A DNA stretch of 64,000 bases from Octopus sinensis (taxonomy: Eukaryota), in NCBI RefSeq assembly GCF_006345805.1, contig NC_043000.1, positions 104,780,001 through 104,844,000 of the forward strand. Reading direction: 5' to 3'. Positions 50,791-62,122 of the stretch are shown here, piece by piece. Position 1 is the stretch's first letter; the number at the start of each line of letters is the position of its first letter. The position numbers and the translations under genes are program-made. Below the pieces are notes generated by a model. That model worked only from the letters and a program-made list of their open reading frames with translations, made no database searches and was not told where the DNA came from.

Positions 50791-52199
50791 TCTTTGCCAA
50801 ATAAACACACTCACTATATATTTGTTCTTCCCTTGTTTATTACTGTTCTTATTCTAACTCCAGTCCATGTGTATTAACGAAATACAGCAATATCTGTTTC
50901 AACACACTATTTCATATCAGGAGTCTTGCAGCAAAAATCTATAAACGTGTATATATATATATATATATATATAGAGTGGTTGTATACTGTCAACTTAACG
51001 TGACAGTCCTGTAAGGGAATTTCACCACCGCTGCTTAGCCCTAGGAAGCATCGACGCTTCCTGTCGGCCTTGACACATTTTCCTGTGTCCTTATATATAT
51101 ATAAAATATGTGTCAGGCCGACAGGAAGCGTCGATGCTTCCTAGGGCTAAACAGCGGTTGGTGAAATTCCCTTACAGGACTGTCACGTTAAGTTGACAGT
51201 ATACAACCACTCTATCGTTTCACCATCGTACATATCTCTATGAGATATTTAGAAATTTAAATTCTGATATACATATATATATATATATATGTAGTGACAC
51301 ACAACCCATGTCACCAGAATATCTTCAACATTGCCAAAGCAAACCTACCAATCATTGCCCAAAGTAATGAATTAAAAGACATAATCACGGATCGAGCTAT
51401 GGTGCTTAGTAAAAGACAGCCTAAAAACTTGAAAACATTACTAACAAAGGCAAAATTTGACCTCAGCAACAAGACCAAACATTCACGGTATCTAAATGCA
51501 ATGATAGCCGATGTGGCACATGCCAATTCATACATACCGGTCAATATATAAACACAAAAACCGGGAAAATATTCACAAACGCGAATATGAACTGCAAAAG
51601 CAGAAATTTAATTTACTGCATCAAATGCCCAAATTGTGAAGAAATATATGTAGGTCAGACGGGAAACGCACTATTAGAACGCTCACGTGTACACCGGCAA
51701 CAGATTAGAGACCCAGAGGTCCGTCAGATACCTTTGAGTAACCACCTAGCAACATGTGGTCGGAAAATATATATAATATTTCCATTCTACAAATTACACA
51801 GCCCAAGTGAAATCGAGAGAAAATCAGAGAAAAGAATTTTATTGATAAATTCGAACCCAAGCTAAATAAGCAATAATAATAATAATAAACTTAGAGGTAT
51901 TACTTCCACTGCTACGACCATGACCACTAACAACAACACAACAATACTAAAGTGATCAAGACGAAGATAGCAGGAAAATTATCTTATTTAGGGTTAAAAG
52001 TTCTATTGCCACCACCATCACCACTAGCAACAATAATTAAGGTGCTGACAATGATGATGATGACAATTGAAATATAAAAATATAAAAATCTCTGACAAAG
52101 GATATTTACAACATTTCTAAAAATAACCCAACAATTGCTGCTTCGGCCAGGGTCAAGATACAGGACTCTTGACATGTCCAACAAAGCGTGATGCCTAAA

Positions 52200-52313
52200 C
52201 CAATCAGCTCAACCAACCAATCAGCTTAAGTAATTGAGTGATACTACACACTGATTGGTCAGAATACAGTTTGCAAAACCTAGCACTCTGGAGCCTACCC
52301 AGCTGTATTTATA
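52200..52313 (+). promoter_or_regulatory. pLTR Pol II promoter: three CCAAT boxes and a TATA-like TATTTATA
   Basis: CCAAT at 52200 and 52217, ATTGG at 52254, TATTTATA at 52306-52313. Repeated in the 3' pLTR. Confidence 0.6.
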
Positions 52314-52376
52314 GCACAGAATCAATCATCTTGCTACAGTCAAAAATTGTGAAGCATGACTGTCAACACTACTACA

Positions 52377-52421
52377 TGAACCCGAAGATTGCAGAATTCA
52401 ATGCATGAAAGTACTAGTTCA
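52377..52421 (+). ncRNA. Minimal type I hammerhead ribozyme, variant core (5' pLTR)
   Basis: Stem I TGAAC/GTTCA, core CCGAAGA, stem II TGCA/TGCA, GAAA, palindromic stem III AGTACT, predicted cleavage after A52416. Confidence 0.7.
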
Positions 52422-52625
52422 ATCAGAATGAATATTTAACATTCTACTATTTCATTTTATTTTATTCAATTATAATATATTATCTTATAATATATCATTA
52501 TAAGATTGTAAATAAAACGTGAAAATCAGACAAGGTTGGAATTCTTTTTATTAATATATTCTTCTATACACAATCACACACACCCATATATATATATTCT
52601 ATATTCCTATTGTGTATATGCCAAC

Positions 52626-53708
52626 ATGTCTGGAAAGCAACAAACAAAATTAACAGAATCAGAAAGAATTCTAATGGAAATTTCATCGAAATTATCAACA
52701 CTCATCACGATGATTGACACACAATCCTCTATTTTAAAGGAAATAGAAAAACAGTCTACAGACGGAAAACTTGGAAATGAACACATAAACTCTGAAATTA
52801 AGAATTTAGCTGAAATGATACCAACAATTATAAAATCTACAAGAGAAAGCCTACCACAACCTCCTTGGATGTCAGAAATAAACGAAAGAAATCTGGAAAA
52901 AGAGGCACACCGAAAAAGAGAAGAGATACAGAAGACATGGAAAAAACTCCTTAACATAAGAAAACAAAACTTCTGGAAGGCATATAAATGCGAAAAATAT
53001 GCTGAAATACATTCGAAATGGATATCTTTAGCGGCACCCATACTTCCTCGGAAGTACCTAATTAAAGAAATTGCAGGAGAACCAGAGGAAGAAACTAAAC
53101 TTCGATGGGACCTTAGTTTGATAAAATTCAGGACCGACATCTCCATTACCCTGTCTAAACAATCCCGCTACAAAGCCAAATACGAAGCTATCGATGATCA
53201 AATCAGAGATGAAATATCCAAACTAACGACCGGCAATATAGCAGAAAAAATGCGAGAACTATGGATCAGAGATATCTCAAAAGAAGAAAGCAGATCAAGA
53301 AAGTTTTGGCAGCGGAAACAATTATTTCTCGACAAATATGCTACAAACTACGGTAAAGACAACAGAGCTCCGAGAAATAGCATTAAAAGTGGACAACCTC
53401 ACCAACGCAACATACACCAGAACACGTGGCAACATGAACACCTGTTTCACCACGAATCGAAGACGAACTACGGTAAGAACTCTTCCCATTTTGTATGCAA
53501 ACACCCCAATGCACACAACAGGAACAAAAAGCACAAACAAAATAGATATTGTTTTGAACAGACCATTAGCAGTAGAAATAACAGATCATTTTCAAGACCT
53601 CAACAGAGATTACCCACAAGAAACTGGTCACAAAAAACCGATCTAGATCTAGAAGTAAACCCAGATCATTTCTCCAGGTGGTTAAAAACAATGCTAACAA
53701 GAAATTGA
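52626..53708 (+). CDS. Penelope N-terminal region (360 aa from MSGKQQ), probably part of the same polyprotein
   Basis: ATG at 52626 just downstream of the pLTR. Helical, K/E-rich sequence. Joined to the RT frame only through several frame changes at 53660-53960. Confidence 0.65.
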   Translation: MSGKQQTKLTESERILMEISSKLSTLITMIDTQSSILKEIEKQSTDGKLGNEHINSEIKNLAEMIPTIIKSTRESLPQPPWMSEINERNLEKEAHRKREEIQKTWKKLLNIRKQNFWKAYKCEKYAEIHSKWISLAAPILPRKYLIKEIAGEPEEETKLRWDLSLIKFRTDISITLSKQSRYKAKYEAIDDQIRDEISKLTTGNIAEKMRELWIRDISKEESRSRKFWQRKQLFLDKYATNYGKDNRAPRNSIKSGQPHQRNIHQNTWQHEHLFHHESKTNYGKNSSHFVCKHPNAHNRNKKHKQNRYCFEQTISSRNNRSFSRPQQRLPTRNWSQKTDLDLEVNPDHFSRWLKTMLTRN

Positions 53709-53957
53709 AAAGTAGCATACATAATACCAAAAACAAGACAGAAAACATAACGAAACCAAGTAAAGTACCACAACCAAAACGCAAAATTCATCAAGCAAAC
53801 ATCAACAGGAATATAAATCATAACCAGAAAAAAATCCATTTTTTTACGTCAGGACAACAAACACCGGAGAAAGAAAAAATCCAAGAGGAAACATACCCCA
53901 AACAACTGAACGTATAGATCCTAAAATAATTAATTTATCAAAAAGAGATTTTGACAT

Positions 53958-56153
53958 GATGATGAAATCCAACTTCTGTCAAAAGGACTGAAATTCACAC
54001 CTACACCAACAGCCAACCACCAAGAATTAAAGGAGGATATCCAAAAATTCTGTCGAAAATTACGACTTGTAGAATTCTTCGCTAACAAAAGTAATGAGAT
54101 TGATGAATCCCTAGTAAGGAATAAATCAAATTTCACCCCACCAAAAGGAAGAAATAACTACCTTGACCAATACATTGATATCCTGTCTAAATTTCCCCTT
54201 AGACGCAATACCAATGTTAGGCCAAACATTAGCAAATCAGAGATGTCTGCATGTAAACGTATACAAAACGATCAAACAATAATAATTAAACAAGCAGATA
54301 AAGGTGGTGCAATTGTTATTATGGATACCGAATACTATAAGGATTTGGTTGAAGACCAACTGAAGGATACAACCTTCTATTGTGAAATACCCGCAAATAT
54401 AGACCACCACATCATGAAAAAGATCAACAACCTGATTTCAACACACCACAACTCACTTACGGATAATGAAAAAGACTACATCACCAATTTTGAACCAAAA
54501 CCCAGCAACTTCTACGGCTTACCAAAAATACACAAATCAAAAAACATTCAACAGGCAGTAAAAGAACAAGAAAGTGAGTACATAAAATTATTACATCCAA
54601 AAGACCTAAAACTTAGACCTATTATAGCTGGTCCAGCATGCCCTACACACCGTCTAAGCAATTTTATTGACATTGTTTTGAAACCACTATGTACTTACAT
54701 ACCAAGTTTCATCAGGGATGACATCGACTTCCTGTCCCATCTTCCCAAAACAACAGAAACAAATTCAGTTTTACTAAGTTTTGATGTGGTAAGCCTCTAC
54801 ACCAATATTCCACACGATTTAGGAATAAAGGCGATTAAATACTGGTTAGAAAAACATAGAGAAGTGATTCCCAGCAGATTCACAGTGCCATTTATATTAG
54901 ACACAGTCAAGCTTATTCTAGAAAATAACACATTCTTCTTCAATGGAAAGAATTACATCCAAATTAGAGGCACGGCGATGGGAACGAGGTTTGCTCCCGT
55001 TTACGCCAACTCTGTAATGGGATACTTAGAAGAACAACTCTACCAAGAGGTGGAGGTAAACTATGGCACTGGGTTTAGAAAGTATATTGAAAAGGCATGG
55101 AAGAGATACCTAGACGACTGTTTCATAATCTGGACAGAATCTCTAAATACTCTGGAAGAGTTCAATATCCTCCTGAACAACCTACACCCATCTCTCCAAT
55201 TTACAAAGGAGATGAGTAGTACCAAATTACCATTCCTGGATATAATGGTAATTAAAAAAGACACCACCATCACCACAGATATATACTATAAACACACAGA
55301 CACACATCAATACCTAAATTTTAAGTCGTGCCATCCACCACATACAAAACGTAACATCCCATACTGCCTAGCCAGAAGAATTTGTACTATTGTAGAAGAT
55401 GCAAATATCAGGAACAAACGCCTAATAGAACTAAGAGAATTTTTGCTCAAACAAAAATACCCATCTCTACTTATAGAAAATGGCATACAGCGGGCTATAA
55501 AAATACCTATACAACAACTTAGGACAACCCAAGGAAGAGGAAAACAAGAACAAGTCATACCATTCATAGTGACACACAACCCATGTCACCAGAATATCTT
55601 CAACATTGCCAAAGCAAACCTACCAATCATTGCCCAAAGTAATGAATTAAAAGACATAATCACGGATCGAGCTATGGTGCTTAGTAAAAGACAGCCTAAA
55701 AACTTGAAAACATTACTAACAAAGGCAAAATTTGACCTCAGCAACAAAGACCAAACATTCACGGTATCTAAATGCAATGATAGCCGATGTGGCACATGCC
55801 AATTCATACATACCGGTCAATATATAAACACAAAAACCGGGAAAATATTCACAAACGCGAATATGAACTGCAAAAGCAGAAATTTAATTTACTGCATCAA
55901 ATGCCCAAATTGTGAAGAAATATATGTAGGTCAGACGGGAAACGCACTATTAGAACGCTCACGTGTACACCGGCAACAGATTAGAGACCCAGAGGTCCGT
56001 CAGATACCTTTGAGTAACCACCTAGCAACATGTGGTCGGAAAATATATATAATATTTCCATTCTACAAATTACACAGCCCAAGTGAAATCGAGAGGAAAA
56101 TCAGAGAAAAGAATTTTATTGATAAATTCGAACCCAAGCTAAATAAGCAATAA
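53958..56153 (+). CDS. Penelope RT + GIY-YIG endonuclease frame
   Basis: Stop-free from 53958 (DDEIQLLSKGLKFTPTP). Contains ADKGGAIVIM, LRPII, SFDVVSLYTNIP, GTAMGTRFAP, RYLDDCFII, LPFLDI, a Cys linker KCNDSRCGTCQFI, and LIYCIKCPNC..YVGQTG..ER..H. Confidence 0.93.
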   Translation, partial: DDEIQLLSKGLKFTPTPTANHQELKEDIQKFCRKLRLVEFFANKSNEIDESLVRNKSNFTPPKGRNNYLDQYIDILSKFPLRRNTNVRPNISKSEMSACKRIQNDQTIIIKQADKGGAIVIMDTEYYKDLVEDQLKDTTFYCEIPANIDHHIMKKINNLISTHHNSLTDNEKDYITNFEPKPSNFYGLPKIHKSKNIQQAVKEQESEYIKLLHPKDLKLRPIIAGPACPTHRLSNFIDIVLKPLCTYIPSFIRDDIDFLSHLPKTTETNSVLLSFDVVSLYTNIPHDLGIKAIKYWLEKHREVIPSRFTVPFILDTVKLILENNTFFFNGKNYIQIRGTAMGTRFAPVYANSVMGYLEEQLYQEVEVNYGTGFRKYIEKAWKRYLDDCFIIWTESLNTLEEFNILLNNLHPSLQFTKEMSSTKLPFLDIMVIKKDTTITTDIYYKHTDTHQYLNFKSCHPPHTKRNIPYCLARRICTIVEDANIRNKRLIELREFLLKQKYPSLLIENGIQRAIKIPIQQLRTTQGRGKQEQVIPFIVTHNPCHQNIFNIAKANLPIIAQSNELKDIITDRAMVLSKRQPKNLKTLLTKAKFDLSNKDQTFTVSKCNDSRCGTCQFIHTGQYINTKTGKIFTNANMNCKSRNLIYCIKCPNCEEIYVGQTGNALLERSRVHRQQIRDPEVRQIPLSNHLATCGRKIYIIFPFYKLHSPSEIERKIREKNFIDKFEPKLNKQ

Positions 56154-56656
56154 TAATAATAATAATACTTAGAGGTATTACTTCCACTGCTACGACCATG
56201 ACCACTAACAACAACAACAATACTAAAGGTGATCAAGACGAAGATAGCAGGAAAATTATCTTATTTAGGGTTAAAAGTTCTATTGCCACCACCATCACCA
56301 CTAGCAACAATAATTAAGGTGCTGACAATGATGATGATGACAATTGAAATATAAAAATATAAAAATCTCTGACAAAGGATATTTACAACATTCTAAAAAT
56401 AACCCAACAATTGCTGCTTCGGCCAGGGTCAAGATACAGGACTCTTGACATGTCCAACAAAGCGTGATGCCTAAACCAATCAGCTCAACCAACCAATCAG
56501 CTTAAGTAATTGAGTGAGTGATACTACACACTGATTGGTCAGAATACAGTTTGCAAAACCTAGCACTCTGGAGCCTACCCAGCTGTATTTATAGCACAGA
56601 ATCAATCATCTTGCTACAGTCAAAAATTGTGAAGCATGACTGTCAACACTACTACA

Positions 56657-56701
56657 TGAACCCGAAGATTGCAGAATTCAATGCATGAAAGTACTAGTTC
56701 A
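56657..56701 (+). ncRNA. Minimal hammerhead ribozyme, identical copy in the 3' pLTR
   Basis: Same sequence as 52377-52421. Confidence 0.7.
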
Positions 56702-56841
56702 ATCAGAATGAATATTTAACATTCTACTATTTCATTTTATTTTATTCAATTATAATATATTATCTTATAATATATCATTATAAGATTGTAAATAAAACGT
56801 GAAAATCAGACAAGGTTGGAATTCTTTTTATTAATATATAT

Positions 56842-56887
<46 letters not shown>

Positions 56888-56889
<2 letters not shown>

Positions 56890-57172
56890 GTGGCGGATGG
56901 CCAGGTTGCCGCCTGCCAATGGCAAGTGGGCCCCGTGTTCATTAGAATCCATATATAGGGGCCGATCCCCTGAAGTTTAAAAATTTTGTATTCACTCCTG
57001 GAAGAATGCATTAATTATTTCAGACTGGCTGTGTTTGTAGACAGTTGAAAAGAATACTTTAAAAAAATAAATTAAACGATAGCATTGTAACTGTGGGTGG
57101 GGCGCCCTTGTAGTTGCGACCGGGCCCCTTAGTCTCCTGGCAACCAATATTTTTAGACCCAGTCTACCACTG
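56888..57172. mobile_element. Small MITE-like element
   Basis: Termini CAGTGG..CCACTG flanked by TA on both sides, with subterminal gggcccc motifs at both ends. Confidence 0.5.
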
Positions 57173-57189
57173 TAAATGTGTGTGTGTTT

Positions 57190-57425
57190 ATATATAGTTA
57201 ATCAAAAACACGGAGAAAAAAAAGACAAGGAAAAACAATAAGTCGAGGATGTGGTACATGTAAAGTATTAAGAAGACGCCCAGAGAAGGAAAGAAAGAGC
57301 GGTTGTTTTACGTTTCGAGCAAAGCTCTTCTTTGGAAACAGGACACATAGGAAAGTCCAAAAGGAAAGGAAGAAGGAGGGAAAAAAACACCAACAGTTCA
57401 GGTGTAGTTATATACCATCTATCCA
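57190..57425 (-). mobile_element. Solo pseudo-LTR of a second Penelope-like family containing a decayed hammerhead (57304-57340)
   Basis: Minus strand tgttt CCAAAGA a gagc ttt gctc GAAACG TA aaaca. Flanked by TA-rich microsatellites. Boundaries approximate. Confidence 0.6.
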
Positions 57426-57455
57426 GCTAAGTTTTTCCTCCTCTCATATATATAT

Positions 57456-57521
<66 letters not shown>

Positions 57522-57552
57522 CATACATACATACATACATACATACATACAT

Positions 57553-57584
<32 letters not shown>

Positions 57585-57622
57585 CACACACACACACCAC
57601 ACACCACACACACACACCACAC

Positions 57623-57699
<77 letters not shown>

Positions 57700-59661
57700 A
57701 TTGCGGCCAATATGTTCAGAACGGCATTGTTTTCGTCAGAAAAGTAGGAATAAACTTTTTATCAAAGTTGTTTTATATTCTATAATTTTCACAGACAATA
57801 AATACGATATTAATTGTTATTGTCTGAGATTTTGGTGTAATTTGAGAGGATAATACAAAAGTTATGGATGATTTAGTGATTTACTGCAGAACCCATGGCG
57901 GCCAAAATGATCAGAACGGTTGCTTTTACTCCGTGTTTTAGTATATTTAACCGGTGAACTCTAATGTTTTGAATTTGTTTACGTGACTGTTCGTTTACTA
58001 AACATTAGTAAGAATATCTGCAGTGTACTTTGTTAATATATATATATATTCTAGAAATATGTTACAAAAAGAAAATATAAAATTCTTTTACTTGTTTCAG
58101 TCGTTAGACTCCGGCCACATATATATATTTAAAACACTTCTCACTGATACACACTCACTTAGCTTTCTTTATCTTATTTCTGTCGTGCTAATCTGTCTTA
58201 TCTTTAGTTTTTAATAGATTTAAAATGTATGCTAGTTGACATTTCAAAAAACCGAGACATTGTTGATAGTCTGTATTTCCTTTTCTTAATGATGGCAATT
58301 TAGCAGAAATACTGCAGTACCAGACGAGATGGATTACAGTATTTGGTTATGGTTTCAGTTTCTCAACGTTTTTAAGTTTATATCGCATAGAGCTTGTTTT
58401 TTCCCCTCATCCATCTGGAATCAAATATCTAATTACCAGCAATACACTAGGGTATATTTATTAATATGCTGCTTCCTTGAAGAACCAGACTAATTATATG
58501 AACTACCAAAGTTAAGAGGAGGCATCATTTTACGTAATAACAGTTATAAATTTACAGAATTGCTAGAACTTTGAACAAGATGCCTTGTATTTAATTATGG
58601 ATATTTGTGTCCTGATTTCAAATACCGCCAAAGACAGCTTTGCATTTTAAATTGTTGAAGTATATAAAATATAATACTTGTGAAGCACTGGAATCAATAT
58701 ATATTCCAATCATGCAATGTTGCAAAACATAATTCATTTTGACTACCAATGGTCCATTACAATAGTTATTCAGTTTCATAACATCAAAGTCACTAATTTT
58801 GTCGCTTAAAGAGATCTGAAATCAATTGATAGCAAATTTGCGATCATTTTATTATACAATCGAAGGTTAATTTCTGAATTTAAAATATTTTTGTTCTAGT
58901 GTGTTGTTACATAATGTAATTGAAGGTAAATATATATTTCATGGTCCAAGATGTCTACTATTAATCATCTTCGATGAAGGGTTGTGTCTACATCTATAAT
59001 ACATCCTAAATGTGAATGAAATTGTTAAAATAGAAAACAAAGCAATTAATGTTATTATATTTTGATCTATTCAATTTTATTTCATTCTATTTTATCTCAT
59101 AGCAAAAGAAAAAGGGTGGGGATGCAGTATAGAGTATTTTGGTGGTGTTGGGGTTATGCAGAGAGTTCATACTGAATTCTTTCAAATTAAGTTCTGAACT
59201 TCATCTTTATTCAACTAAATGTCATGTGCCATTTGCCAACAATTTTGTGTGTTCTTTTTTTTTTATATATAATATATTTCAAGAAGGAATAGCTTTGTTG
59301 AACTTTACAGACTCTCCTTTCGTGGTGGGGTTAATGCTCCTGATGTCCAGTGTAAACATCTGCAGGTAAATACCAGCAGAAAAAAAAATAAAGAAAAATA
59401 AAGAACATGGGTTTTGTGAGAACTGTGGGGAGGGTCTAGTCTGAATGTTTGCAACAGAATGAATTCTGTTAAAGTCATCCAAGGATCAGGTGAGGGTGCT
59501 AACACCACCTCCGGTCCTTGGATGTCTTAAGCTTACTAACAAAACTAATGGTACGCTAGGAAAATGTTGCGATGTTAAACTGGGCGTTGCCTAGGCATTT
59601 TTAGCAACATTAAAGGCACTCAAAAACCAAGATCGGTATTGTTATTTTTGTTTAGCTACTT

Positions 59662-59880
59662 TTCAGCCCTGATCAATCAGACACACGCTGTGCTCCTGCC
59701 GATGTCCAGTTCAGTCTTGACCGAGCAGACCTATGATACGCATTCCAGCCATGAGCATCCCGTCTTTTCCCAGGCATTGTGTACGCCGTATTATATTGAC
59801 CCATGTGTACTGTTTTAAGACTAGGAATGATTTAACTGAGATGTGGCTATTATTTCAAGCAGGTCGAGCGACCAAGTTCA
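59662..59880 (+). repeat. Abundant dispersed repeat (cagccctgatcgagcagacctatgat..cattccagccatga..gagatttggctgctatttctagcagg)
   Basis: Fragments recur at about 3190-3420 and 3830-4150 (-), and at 4400-4460, 15210-15400, 17380-17470, 20010-20060, 35890-36130 and 59930-60080 (+). Confidence 0.65.
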
Positions 59881-60291
59881 TGTTCCCGGTCAGAGTGTTA
59901 GACGTACCACTAATACTAGAGGCATTTATTTATTAACTGTTGTTGTTCAGCCCCAAGATAATCTGATCGAGAAGTCCTACGATCAAATTAACCATTGCTT
60001 TCTTTCTGTAAAAATAAGGTATTAGTGAAGGCAGTTTGGTTGCTGTTTTCAGGAGGTTGAGTGACCTCACGGATGCTCATTATAAACCAGCTGGTATGTA
60101 AGCCAGATAATTGTTGAAAGCGACGTTAGCAATTTGGTCACAAACACTATGGCAATAGCATACTTTTAAAATCTTTCCGCTGCCCAAACCTGTACGAAGG
60201 ATCACGCGTACAGACACATAACTGAAAAAATTCACACACACACACACATACACATTTAAAAATCAGATTTATTCTATTTAGTAATATATAT

Positions 60292-60364
<73 letters not shown>

Positions 60365-60416
60365 AAGAGAGAGAGAGAGCGAGAGAGAGAGTGAGAAAGT
60401 GAGAGAGATACGTATG

Positions 60417-60477
<61 letters not shown>

Positions 60478-60627
60478 GTATATATACACACATATATATG
60501 TATGTATATATAATATATATTATGTATCAGTACATGTGTATATACATATATATGTGTATCTGTATATAAGTATATATGTGTATATGTATATATGCATGCA
60601 TGTACATGTATATGCATATGTATATAT

Positions 60628-60660
<33 letters not shown>

Positions 60661-61268
60661 TTGTTTGTATATACATACATACATATATATATATATATAT
60701 GCATACATATATATATATGCTTATTTATTTATATATCTATATACATACATTAATACATGTATGTATGTATGTATGTATGTATGTATGTATGTATGTATGT
60801 ATGTATGTATGTATGCATTTTCACGAAGACATAACACCACAAAGTCCTCACTAAATAGTTGATAAGTTAAGATATTTTAGTGCTGCGACATTTGTCTACG
60901 AGACAAATATGGAACAGAGTCACACAACTCAGAAAAAAGATCACATAAAAGAAGCACACACATACACACACACACTTACATAAACGTATATATATGTGCG
61001 TGTGAGCGCGCACGTGCGAGCGTATGTGCGGCTTGTGTGTGAAGTGTGCCTAAGCAGGGTTGTCTTCTACTTCCTTTCTATTATATCTATTATTTCTATT
61101 ATTTTACATCGACCAGTTGTATCGATGGTTAGTTACTACTGTTAACTGCTTTAGTCGTTGATAATGATGATGTTGATGTCGGCGGTGTTTCTTGTTGTTG
61201 TAACTTAGTTTTTTTTTGTCTTATTGTATTTTAATGCTTTAGTTCTTGTCACTATTGTTGCTGTTATT

Positions 61269-61299
<31 letters not shown>

Positions 61300-61323
61300 C
61301 TATTGCTATTGTTGTTGTTGTTG

Positions 61324-61369
<46 letters not shown>

Positions 61370-61831
61370 CATCATCATCATCATTGCTTTGTCTTTGTCT
61401 TTCTTGTTAGTGGCATTGACAAAGCTTAAAGAATTTAGCCTGAAAATATTTGCTTTTTCTAAAGAACATAACAAGGGTATTGTCAAGTTCGTTCATAGAA
61501 GTCAAGAATTATTCTAACTGCTGCCAATTTGAATAAAATGGCCTTTCTGTCCAAGGGCAGAGGTTGTTTGCAGTTAAATGTGATTCCAAAACATTTTACT
61601 AGGACACGATGTCAAGCCACAAAGATGAGACAATTGCTAAAGGTTGGTATTGATGCTCGATACAAAAACGATGCTAAGAGATGGAAAATGTCAGAGCCAT
61701 AAGCAAATTCCTTTCATTTTCTTTCATCTTTAAATTCTTTTACTGCCTTATTTCTTTGGTCGGTATTGACTTCTTTTTATTAAACAAAAAAGGCCAAGTT
61801 AATTCAAGTGTTGTGTATGAAATCGTTCCTT

Positions 61832-62122
61832 GCATACATACATACATACATACATACATACATACATACATACATACATACATACATACATACGTACGTA
61901 CATACATACGTACATACATACATACATACATACATACATACATACATACATACATACATACATACATACATGCATACATACATGCCAACATAATGCATAC
62001 ATAATACACACATACATACATACATGCATACATACATACATACATACATACAAACATACATACATACATACATACATACATACATACATACATACATACA
62101 TACATACATACATACATACGTA
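61832..62122. repeat. Long (CATA)n microsatellite, about 290 bp with interruptions
   Basis: Direct observation. Confidence 0.95.

Larger units (their letters stand above)
51292..56839 (+). mobile_element. Penelope-like retroelement (probably Neptune group) with tandem pseudo-LTR architecture
   Basis: Direct repeats 51292-52559 and 55567-56839 (3' ORF part plus pLTR), differing only by a few small indels as far as I could see. Both ends abut (TA)n. Confidence 0.95.

Noticed and set aside
59282-59366. Possible orphan exon (splice-like signals on both strands around ctgcaggtaa)
   Set aside because: No recognisable protein in any frame and no partner exons identified.
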